Assembly (NCBI GenBank): GCA_963725885.1
Contig: CAVSAH010000003.1
Location: forward strand, 23,158-87,157
Reading direction: 5' to 3'
DNA from: an uncultured Chloroflexia bacterium
Lineage (GTDB): Bacteria > Chloroflexota > Limnocylindria > QHBO01
Length of the DNA stretch: 64,000 bases
Shown in pieces: positions 55,564 through 64,000 of this stretch; position 1 is the stretch's first letter; every line of letters begins with the position of its first letter. The position numbers were made by a program, and so were the translations under genes. The notes below the pieces were generated by a model that saw only the letters and a program-made list of their open reading frames with translations, was not told where the DNA came from and did not search any database.

Positions 55564-57287
55564 GTGCTCACCTTGGTCCGTGCCCTCGGCTTTCTGGCAC
55601 CCCTCGCCGTCACGGCCGCCTTCATCGCCTGGCTCGCCGTGTCCGCCCAGGCCTCGCCGGAGGACCGCCTCGTACTTGCCGGAGCCGCGGCTGTCGCGGT
55701 CGTGGCCGGGATGACCACGATGGCGCTGCTGGCATGGAGCTACTTCGGCTGGCGCCTGAGCCGCATCGCCCGGGCGCTGGAGCGGACCCTGGAGACCGAG
55801 GAGCCGGTAAACCTGCGCGAGGGCGGGATCCCCGCCGAGCGCCGCCTGGCCCGCGCCTTCAACGCGGCCGCAGGCGCCTACCTGCTGACCGAGCAGCGCG
55901 CGACCCACGACCGCCTCACCGGCGTCGCGAACCGCGAGACCCTGCTCACCACGCTGCATGCGGAGATCGAGCGCGCGACGCGCCACTACCAGCCGCTCAG
56001 CGTCGCGTTCATCGACATCGACCGCTTCAAGCCGATCAACGACGTCCACGGGCACAACGCCGGCGACGCCGTGCTGCGCCAGGTGGCGAGCCTCATCAGC
56101 CGCTCCGTGCGGGCCAGTGACGCCTTCGGACGCTACGGCGGCGAGGAGTTCATGCTCATCCTGCCGGAGACGACCGCGGAGGACGCCGTCGGCATCGCCG
56201 AGGAGCTGCGCAACCTGGTCATGAGCGAGCCGCTGCGCATCCCCGGCGACCAGGAGGTCCGGGCCACCATCAGCATCGGCATTGCCGGAGGCACCGGGTC
56301 GCAGCTGCAGCTGGACATGATCGTCGACCGCGCCGATGCGGCGATGTACGCCGCCAAGTCGCTCGGTCGCAACCGCGTCTACATGTTCCGCGAGCTCGAC
56401 GAAGGGGCGCCGGTGCGGCGTGCCCCGATCTCCTCCGCTCACCGGGCCCAGGCCACTGCCCTCGGGCGTTGGGCGAGCGACACGGCGACGCAGGCGCTCG
56501 CATCGGTCCTGGCGCCGCAGCCGCACCACCGCGGCCGCCCGTCCGACATGATCGCGTCGCTGGCGACAGGCATCGCCCTCGAGATGGGCCTCGCCCGCGA
56601 GGAGATCGAGCGCATCCGCGTCGCGTCGCTCCTCCACGATCTCGGCAAGATCGCCATCCCCGACGAGATCCTCGACAAGCCCGCCTCGCTCAGCGACGAG
56701 GAGTGGCAGGCGATCGGCCAGCATCCCCGCATCGGCCAGGTCATCCTGGAGCAGGCGTCGAGCCTGCGCGAGGCCATCCCGGTGGTGCTCCACCACCACG
56801 AGCGCTTCAACGGAGGCGGCTACCCGCACGGCCTGCAGGGCAACGAGATCCCGATCGGCGCGCGCATCGTCGCGGTCGCCGATGCGTACCACGCCATGGT
56901 CCACGACCGGCCCTACAGCACGGCACTGACCCACGCCGAGGCCCTTCATGAGCTGCGCGACAACGCCGGCACCCAGTTCGATCCGAAGGTGGTCGACGTC
57001 TTCTGCACCGTCTACGCCGAAGCGGTCCCGCCCGATGGCCTGGAGGAGGTGTACCGGCTCCACGAGCGGACGCTCGACGGCCTGCCCCACGTCCATATCA
57101 ACGGGCACGACCATGTGCATCGCCCGACGGAGCTCGCCGAGGAGGCCGCCGGGCAGGCCAATGGGGAGGCCCCGGGGAGGCGGCCGGTGAGGCCGTCGGA
57201 GAGGCGGCTACCGAGCGACCGGCACGCCGGACGCGCGCGTCGCGAGCGCGTGCCACGGGCCGCACACGCCAGGCGGCCGGGTCGTGA
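55564..57287 (+). CDS. Membrane-anchored GGDEF + HD-GYP protein; start approximate, probable C-terminal frameshift
   Basis: 2 TMs; RASD I-site and RYGGEEF; LLHDLGK, HHERFNGGGYP, ADAYHAM..DRPY; alternative-frame TGA 57285-57287 overlaps the next GTG. Confidence 0.88.
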
Positions 57288-57502
57288 GCCCGGTCGAGCT
57301 CGGCGTCATCGGCGGAATCCTGGTCGGGGCCGGGGTGGCCCTGATGCTCACGGCAGCGGTGTTCGGGCGTCTGCGTCGGCGCGACGCGGCGTTCTGGAGG
57401 GAGCGGCTCGAGGTGCGGCGCCGGCTGCGCGCGTTCGAGCTCGACGACGACCCGATCATCGCCTCGATGGACTTCTCCGCCGAGGGCCCCCACCGCCGCT
57501 GA
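57284..57502 (+). CDS. Small single-TM hypothetical protein (72 aa)
   Basis: GTGA overlap; hydrophobic N-terminus then charged tail; GC3-rich. Confidence 0.6.
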   Translation: MSPVELGVIGGILVGAGVALMLTAAVFGRLRRRDAAFWRERLEVRRRLRAFELDDDPIIASMDFSAEGPHRR

Positions 57503-57520
57503 CGCACCGGCAGGACCGGG

Positions 57521-59732
57521 TCAGAAGCCGGGCGCCACGCGTCGATGAGCTCGGAGACGGGGGCCTCGATCACGGTGCCCCCGATGTCGAGCTCGAGGTC
57601 CGAGCCGCCCGCCACCCCGAGCCTGCGCGCGGGCACGCGCGCCGCGTCGAGCGCCGCCGCCAGCTCCCCGGCGCGGGTCCCGTCGATCGCGACGAGCACG
57701 CGACCCGCACGCTCGCCGAAGGCCGCGGCGGTCGGCCAGGCTGCCGGCAGCTCGAGGCGCGCCCCGACGCACGACGGCGATGGCCATCCGCGCCAGCGCG
57801 ACAGCGACGCCGCCGGCCGACGCGTCATGCGCTGCGCGCACCAGGCCGATGGCGCGCGAGCCGCGGCAGCACGCGCCACCACGCGGGCCGCGGCTTCGAC
57901 GTCGAGGCGTGGGCGATCCCCCTCGCTCGCCACGCGACCAGGCGAGCTCCGATCCGGCGAGCGCATCGGGGTCATCGGCCGGGTCGCCCAGGAGCCAGAC
58001 CTCGTCGCCGTGGCGCCAGGTCATGCCGAGGGCAGCGGATCGCTCCTCGAGGAGGCCGACGGTCCCGATCACCGGCGTCGGAAGGATCGGCCCGGCGGGA
58101 GTCTCGTTGTACAGGCTGACGTTGCCGGAGACGACCGGCAGCTCCAGGGCGCGACACGCGTCGGCGATGCCGTCGACCGCCCGCTCCAGCTGCCACGCCC
58201 CGAGCTCGGTCTCGGGCGATCCGAAGTTGAGGCAGTCCGTGACGCCGATCGGCTCCGCGCCCGCGCAGGCGACGTTCATGGCGCCCTCGACGACCGCCGA
58301 GGCTCCGGCAAGGTAGGGATCGAGGGCCCCGACGCGCGCCGGCCCGGGCCCGTCGATGGCCAGCGCCAGCGCCCGGGAGGTGCCCTTCACGCGCAGGAGA
58401 GCCGCATCGGATCCCGGCCCGACGAGCGTGTTGGTGCCGTTCATGTGGTCATAGCGGCGCCAGATCGGCTTGCGATCGCGCAGGTTCGGCGAGCCGATGA
58501 GCTCGAGCAGGGTGCCGGTCGAGGGCGGCTCGGCCGCGAGTCGCTCGAGGTCGGCGTGTCGGGATGCCTGCGGGCTGCCGAAGAGGGCGTAGCGGGGCGC
58601 GTCGTCCGCGAGCGCGCGACCGGGCACGGCGCACACGAGCTCGCCACCGGCGCTGGCACGCACGATCGGCTCGTCGACGAGCACGCCGATCTCGGCCGAC
58701 TGCAGCTCGTATCGGTCGCACACCGCGCGGACCGACGCGAGCGCGCGCGGCTCGACCACGAGGAGCATGCGCTCCTGCGACTCCGACAGCAGGACCTCGT
58801 AGGGCGTCATGCCGCTCTCGCGCCGGTGGACCGCGTCGAGATCGACGTCGGCACCGACCTCGCCGCGTGCGGTCAGCTCGGCCAGGGCGCAGGTGAGCCC
58901 GGCGGCGCCGAGATCCTGCATCGCGACCACGCCGTCGTGGCCGGCCAGCTCACCGCACGCCTCGACCAGCAGCTTCTCGAGGAACGGATTGCCGACCTGC
59001 ACCGCCGGCCGGCGTTCCTCGCGGTCCTCGCCGAGGGTCGCCGACGCGAACGACGCGCCCTGGATGCCATCGCGGCCGGTGGCGGCCCCGACGAGCAGGA
59101 GCACGTTGCCGCTGCCCGTGGCGCGGGCCAGCGTGATGTCGTCGTGCCGCGCGATCCCGACGCACATCGCGTTGACGAGCGGGTTGCCCGAGTACGAGGG
59201 GTCGAATACCACCTCGCCACCGACGTCGGGGATGCCGACGCAGTTGCCGTAGCCGGCGATCCCGCCGATCACGCCGCCGAACAGGTAGCGATTCCGGGTG
59301 GCGGTGAGCGCGTCGGTCTCGCCATCGGGGTCGAGCGGTCCGAAGCGCAGCGAGTTCAGCAGCGCGATCGGCCGGGCACCCATGGTCACGATGTCGCGGA
59401 TGATGCCGCCGACCCCGGTGGCCGCACCCTGGTACGGCTCGACGGCGCTCGGGTGGTTGTGCGACTCGACCTTGAAGACCACGGCCAGCCCGTCGCCGAT
59501 GTCGAGCGCGCCGGCATTCTCGCCAGGGCCGACGAGCACCCTCGGCGCGTCGCGCGGGAGGCGCCCGAGCAGGTTCCGCGAGTGCTTGTAGGCGCAGTGC
59601 TCCGACCACATCGCCCCGAACATGCCCAGCTCGACCGCGTTCGGTGCCCGCCCGAGCGCCTCGGTGACGAGGTCGAGCTCGGAGTCCGACAGCCCGTGAC
59701 GCTCGCTCGGGCAGCGCGGGAGCGACGGTCAC
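57521..59732 (-). CDS. purL: Phosphoribosylformylglycinamidine synthase subunit PurL; about 4-5 frameshifts
   Basis: MWSEHCAYK, KVESHNHPS, GAATGVGGIIRDI, QDLGAAGL, SESQERM, TDCLNFGSP, VVSGNVSLYNET, AHDASAGG. Confidence 0.95.
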
Positions 59733-59747
59733 GGCGTCAGGCGCTGA

Positions 59748-60530
59748 TCAGCCGCGACCGAGCGGCTCGTCTCTGCCCAGCTCGAGCAGGATCGCCCCGA
59801 TGGCAGCGGCCGCCGTGCCCAGGAAGAGGAGCAACGCACCGATCCCCGCACCGGCGAAGCCGATCCGGTCGAACGCGGCACCGAAGCCGATCAGGGCGAT
59901 GGCCAACGTCACCAGACGCAGGTGCGGGATGGCCGGCAACGCCGCGGCGAAGAAGACGCTGCCCGCGATGAACAGCAGTGCGACCAGCACCACCAGCGCG
60001 ATCAGGCTTCCCGATCCGTCGATGAGGCTGATGAGCGCACCCAGCGCCCCGACGATGGCGCCGCCGCCGATGAGCCAGCCCGACAGCGTGACGGGCAGGG
60101 TCAGCGGAACGTTGGCGGCCGCGCCTCCCGCGCCGGCGGGCTTTCCGTCCTCCGGCGCCGTCGCTGGCTGCGGGGCGGGTGGGGGTGCCACGGGCGCCGG
60201 CGGGACGGCAGGCTGCTGCGCGGCGGCAGGTGGCTGGTCCACGGGCGGCTGCACGGCGGCGGGTTGAGGCGCGGGCGCGGACGCATCGGTCGCCTCCCAC
60301 GGCTCCGGGGCGTCCCACGCGTCGGCTGGCGGAGCCGCCGCCTGCCAGCTGGGCGCAGGGCCTGGCGGCTGCTCGGCAGCGGGAGCCTCTTCGGGTGCCG
60401 GCGGCTCCGGCCACGCCGGCGCCGGCGGCATCGCGGTCTCGGCGGCCTGGTCGATCGCCTGCCCGCAGGTGGGGCAGAACAGCGCGGTCTCGTCGACCTC
60501 CGTCCCGCAGTTCGGGCAGAAGCGCATCAC
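59748..60530 (-). CDS. Zinc-ribbon + Pro/Ala/Gln-rich linker + about 4-TM membrane protein
   Basis: FCPNCG...FCPTCG at the N-terminus; hydrophobic C-terminus. Confidence 0.8.
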   Translation of the reverse strand: MMRFCPNCGTEVDETALFCPTCGQAIDQAAETAMPPAPAWPEPPAPEEAPAAEQPPGPAPSWQAAAPPADAWDAPEPWEATDASAPAPQPAAVQPPVDQPPAAAQQPAVPPAPVAPPPAPQPATAPEDGKPAGAGGAAANVPLTLPVTLSGWLIGGGAIVGALGALISLIDGSGSLIALVVLVALLFIAGSVFFAAALPAIPHLRLVTLAIALIGFGAAFDRIGFAGAGIGALLLFLGTAAAAIGAILLELGRDEPLGRG

Positions 60531-60536
60531 CTTCGA

Positions 60537-61930
60537 TCAGCTGCGCCCGAAGCGCGTGAGGGTCCCGATGATGACGATCAGCGACGAGAGGAACAGGATG
60601 ATCCCCGCCGGCGACAGCACGCGCAGCAGGCCGACGATGTCGCCGCTCCAGTTGCCGCCGACCTCGACCACCACGAACAGCACCGCCAGGGCGACGCTCC
60701 ACGCCAGGGCGATCACCAGGCCGACGACGGCCACCGGACCCGGCTTGGCGCGGACGAACCCGGCGATGGCGAGGAAGAGCAGGAGCAACCCGAGGATCGG
60801 CACGGCGGCGGCCAGGGCGAAGTACGCCGTGTCGGCCAGCCCTCCTTCGGGCATGGCCGTCCAGAAGCTGATGCCGTAGCCGTCCGATCCGAGGGCACGC
60901 TCGTAGAGCGACGTCGTGCCATAGGTGAAGGGCAGCAGGTACGCCGTCACCAGCCCGATGAGGCCGATGAGCAGCACGACCGGGCCCAGGACCGCGCCGC
61001 CGCTCGCCTGCTCCGCGGCCGCAACCGGAGCCCCGGCGACGGCGGGTGGAACGTATCCGGGCGCGGTTCCGCGCAGGTTGGCACCACAGTTCTGGCAGAA
61101 CGCCACGCCCGCCCGATTGTGGGTCCCGCAGCGCGGGCAGGCCTGTGTCCCCTCCGGCGTGGCCGGCCGCTCGACCGTGCTCGCCACTCCGGCGGCGACG
61201 AGGCGCTGGCCGCAGCTGCGGCAGAACGAGAGGCCGGCCTGGTTCTCCGTGCCGCAGCGCGGGCACTGGGTGCTTTCGCCGGGGACGGCCGCTGCCGCCT
61301 CGGCGGCGGGTTGCCCAGGCTCGGCGGGCTGCTCAGGTTCGGCTGGAGGCTCGGGCTCGGAAGGAGGCGGGACGGCCTCTTCACCGCTCGCCTCGACGGG
61401 CACCTCGGCGGCGGCGGCGGTGCGTCGTACGCAGCTGCGGTGGCCGCGGCGGCGGCGGCGGTCGTGTCGCGCTCGGGCCAGGCCTCGGCGGGCGGTGCGT
61501 CGGAAGGTGACGGTTCGCCCGCGAGGGCGGCGGCAGGGGCGGGGTAGGCCTCGACCTCGCTCGGGGGCGGAGCGACGTCCGCGGGCGGTTCCAGGATCGG
61601 CTCGCCGCCCATCTCCGGGGGAGTCGTGGGCCAGCTGTCAGGCCCGCCGCTGCCAGCGGTGGGCGGCTCCGTCGGCCAGGCCTCGACCGCGGCCGCATCG
61701 GCAGCCGGCGCTTCGGCAGCCTCGTCCGGTCCGGCGTTCTCCGTCGGGGCGGCGTCGCTGCTCGGCCAGCTCTCGATCTCCGAGGGCGTCACGTCCGTCG
61801 ACGCGTCATCTGGCAGCGGCGCCTCCGGCTCGGGCGAAACGCCCTCGCCCTGGGGCTCGGGAACGCCTCCCGGCTCGGGCGCATCTCCGGGCTCCGGCGC
61901 GTCGCGCCGATCCCGCTGGTCGTAGTCCAT
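60537..61930 (-). CDS. Acidic/Pro-rich N-terminus + two zinc ribbons + about 4-TM domain; frameshift(s) ~61400-61440
   Basis: CPRCG...CRSCG and CPRCG...CQNCG; ATG 61930 with GAGG SD. Confidence 0.75.
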
Positions 61931-61975
61931 TCCTCGTTGCGCCTCCTGCGGCCGGTCAGGGCGGTCCGGAATCGA

Positions 61976-62722
61976 TCATAGCCGACGCTCCGCTGCCGCC
62001 GGTCGAGCGTGCAACCAGCGTTCCAGCGAGCGGAAGAGGCGCATCCCGTCATTGCCGCCGAGCTCCGTCTCCGCCGCGCGCTCCGGATGCGGCATGAGCC
62101 CGAGCACGTTGCCGGCGGCGTTCACGATCCCCGCGATCGAGCTCGCCGATCCGTTCGGGTTGCCGGCCGGCGTCGCCTGGCCCGATTCATCGACATATCG
62201 CAGGACGACGCGCCCGTTCGCCTCGAGCTCGTCGAGCGTGCCGGCATCGGCGACGTATCGGCCCTCTCCATGACTGATGGGCAGGCTGATGATCTCGCCG
62301 GCGACAAGGTCGCCCAGCCAGGCCTCGCACGCTTCGGGATGCTCGACGCGGAGCCCCTGCCAGTCGCAGCGGAACTCGAGATGGTCGTTGCGCATCAGGG
62401 CTCCCGGGAGCAGCCCGGCCTCGGTGAGGATCTGGAATCCATTGCAGGAGCCGATCACCGGCCCGCCGGCCGCCGCGAAGTCTTCGACGGCGCGCATCAC
62501 CGGCGAGAAGCGCGCGATCGCGCCCGTCCGCAGGTAGTCGCCGTGGGCAAACCCGCCCGGAAGCACTACGGCATCCGGTTGCCCGAGGTCGGTCTCGGTG
62601 TGCCACAGCAGGCTGGCCTCCCAGCCGAGCACCTCGCCCGCCACGTGCGCGAAGTCGCGCTCGCTCCACGTGCCGGGAAAGACCAGCACGGCAACGCGAG
62701 GTCGCGAGGCGATGACCGTCAC
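61976..62722 (-). CDS. purQ: Phosphoribosylformylglycinamidine synthase subunit PurQ
   Basis: VLVFPGT, LPGGFAHGDYLR, GSCNGFQILTEAGLLPG, SHGEG, NPNGS, GLMPHPER; GTGA overlap. Confidence 0.96.
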   Translation of the reverse strand: MTVIASRPRVAVLVFPGTWSERDFAHVAGEVLGWEASLLWHTETDLGQPDAVVLPGGFAHGDYLRTGAIARFSPVMRAVEDFAAAGGPVIGSCNGFQILTEAGLLPGALMRNDHLEFRCDWQGLRVEHPEACEAWLGDLVAGEIISLPISHGEGRYVADAGTLDELEANGRVVLRYVDESGQATPAGNPNGSASSIAGIVNAAGNVLGLMPHPERAAETELGGNDGMRLFRSLERWLHARPAAAERRL

Positions 62723-63006
62723 CGTCCCACGACACCGATACCGGCCGCCTGATCCGGCGCGACGTCCCAGGTCGCGTCCTCCATCACCGGGTTCGCCAGC
62801 AGGCGGGTGCACATCTCGGCCACCGCCGCCTCGGCCTCCTCGCGTGTGGCCGCCGAGAAGTCGATCCGCAGCAGCTTGCCGCTGCGAACCGCCTCGACCG
62901 AGTCGTACCCGAGCGAGCGGAGGGCGGAGGCGATCGTCTGGCCCTCGGGGTCTGCGATGCCGCCACGCAGCGCAACGTGGACCTCCGCGGTCCAGCGCAG
63001 GGTCAC
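62719..63006 (-). CDS. purS: Phosphoribosylformylglycinamidine synthase subunit PurS
   Basis: DPEGQTI, GKLLRI, LLANPVME; between purC and purQ. Confidence 0.93.
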   Translation of the reverse strand: MTLRWTAEVHVALRGGIADPEGQTIASALRSLGYDSVEAVRSGKLLRIDFSAATREEAEAAVAEMCTRLLANPVMEDATWDVAPDQAAGIGVVGR

Positions 63007-63884
63007 CTCCAGGCCAGCCCGGTGATGCGCTCGTACGCGGCGACGTACCGATCGCGGGTCCCGGCGATCACCTCGTCGGGCAGCGTCGGAGCCGGCGGCT
63101 CCTTGTTCCAACCGGAGTCGGCGACGAAGTCGCGCACGAACTGCTTGTCGAAGCTCGGCGGGCTCGAGCCCGGCTCGTATCGGCTGCCGTCCCAGAACCG
63201 CGAGGAGTCGGGCGTCAGGACCTCGTCGATGACGGCCAGCTCGCCGTCGATGAACCCGAATTCGAACTTCGTGTCAGCAAGGATGATCCCGACCGCCTCG
63301 GCCCGACGCGCGCCCTCCAGGTAGAGGGCGATCGAGCGCTCCTCGAGCTGCCGGGCCAGGTCCGCGCCGACGAGGTCGGCGAGCTGCTCTCGGGTGATGT
63401 TCTCGTCGTGACCGACCTCGGCCTTCGTCGATGGCGTGAAGATCGGCTGCGGCAGGCGGTCCGCATCACGCAGCCCCTCGGGCAGCGCGTGACCGCACAC
63501 CGCCCCGGAACGCTGGTACTCGGCCCAACCGGAGCCGGCGAGGTACCCGCGTACCACGCACTCCGCGTCGACCCGTTCGGCCCGGCGAACGAGCATCGAT
63601 CGGCCGGCGAGCTCGGGCGTCGCCGCGGCCTCCGGCATCCGGTCCGGATCGGAGGAGACGAAGTGGCTCCGACCCAGCGAGGCGAGCTCGTTGAACCACC
63701 ACGCCGACAGGCGGGTCAGGACCTCGCCCTTGTCGGGAATCGGCTGGTCGAAGACGACGTCGAACGCGCTCAGCCGATCGGTGGCGACGAGCAGGAGATG
63801 GCGATCGTCGACCTCGTAGGTCTCGCGCACCTTGCCGCGGTGGATCAGCGGCAGGTCGGTCAGCTGGGTGGTCGTCACGGTCAT
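63003..63884 (-). CDS. purC: SAICAR synthetase
   Basis: RGKVRETY, TDRLSAFD, ECVVRGYLAGSG, IFTPSTKA, LADTKFEFG, DEVLTPDSSRFW, SFDKQFVRD. Confidence 0.97.
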   Translation of the reverse strand: MTVTTTQLTDLPLIHRGKVRETYEVDDRHLLLVATDRLSAFDVVFDQPIPDKGEVLTRLSAWWFNELASLGRSHFVSSDPDRMPEAAATPELAGRSMLVRRAERVDAECVVRGYLAGSGWAEYQRSGAVCGHALPEGLRDADRLPQPIFTPSTKAEVGHDENITREQLADLVGADLARQLEERSIALYLEGARRAEAVGIILADTKFEFGFIDGELAVIDEVLTPDSSRFWDGSRYEPGSSPPSFDKQFVRDFVADSGWNKEPPAPTLPDEVIAGTRDRYVAAYERITGLAWR

Positions 63885-64000
63885 GTGTGGTCCTCGCTCT
63901 TGCCTTCGTCGACCTCGCGGTCGATCTGTTTGATGTTGTGCTGGTCCGGGGGAAGGTCGAGGTGGCGCCGCGCCAGCGACTCGACGCGGTCGAGCAACGA
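63881..64000 (-). CDS. C-terminal end of an upstream gene (possibly purB from operon order only)
   Basis: Open frame SLLDRVESLARRH...EDHT* whose TGA overlaps the purC ATG; no diagnostic motif visible. Confidence 0.45.
   Translation of the reverse strand, partial: SLLDRVESLARRHLDLPPDQHNIKQIDREVDEGKSEDHT

Noticed and set aside
55435-58119. 894-aa ORF overlapping purL antisense
   Set aside because: After ~57150 the translation is Arg-rich nonsense; a frameshift restores a TGA at 57285-57287 that overlaps the next gene's GTG.
61381-61930. PEP/PE-rich low-complexity stretch as a DNA tandem repeat
   Set aside because: Imperfect protein-level repeats (APEPG, WP) in a disordered coding region; no exact DNA periodicity.

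Overview
Very GC-rich bacterial chromosomal DNA (about 70% by eye, not computed). Gene style and content suggest Chloroflexota or an Actinomycetota-like lineage, which is inference only. The window is fully coding and I see no transposase, integrase, phage gene, rRNA or CRISPR array. Five blocks: (1) 1-16 kb cell-envelope locus with LCP, TagO/WecA, tRNA-Pro, mazG, a PrsA-like foldase, a polyprenol-P-mannose synthase, rph-rdgB, mreB-mreC and FOUR secreted proteins that each end in three Cys-containing SLH repeats (S8 protease, CAP, GH18, and an unannotated domain that looks like a clan-CD His-Cys cysteine protease). (2) 16-21 kb vanadium haloperoxidase/PAP2 protein and membrane proteins. (3) 21-35.7 kb xylose/sugar block (xylA, xylB, xylFGH-type ABC, ROK regulator, SDR, Gfo/Idh/MocA, ASPIC/UnbV protein, atypical M24-fold protein, aldose epimerase, PLD). 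(4) 35.7-48.4 kb complete TreS-Mak-GlgE-GlgB alpha-glucan pathway plus glgX and malQ. (5) 48.4-64 kb GSDH, radC, CPBP and a purine cluster (purC-S-Q-L-F-M-N) interrupted by zinc-ribbon membrane proteins and a GGDEF/HD-GYP gene. Caveat: about 30 or more apparent single-base frameshifts, including in purF and purL, point to uncorrected assembly indels, so several long ORFs in the supplied track are artefactual fusions and I re-split them by hand. Best leads: the SLH-anchored clan-CD-like protease and its surface-hydrolase cassette, a perfect 26-bp AT-rich palindrome between mreB and mreC, and a repeated TAnnnT hexamer 6-11 nt before start codons (leaderless-type genes).
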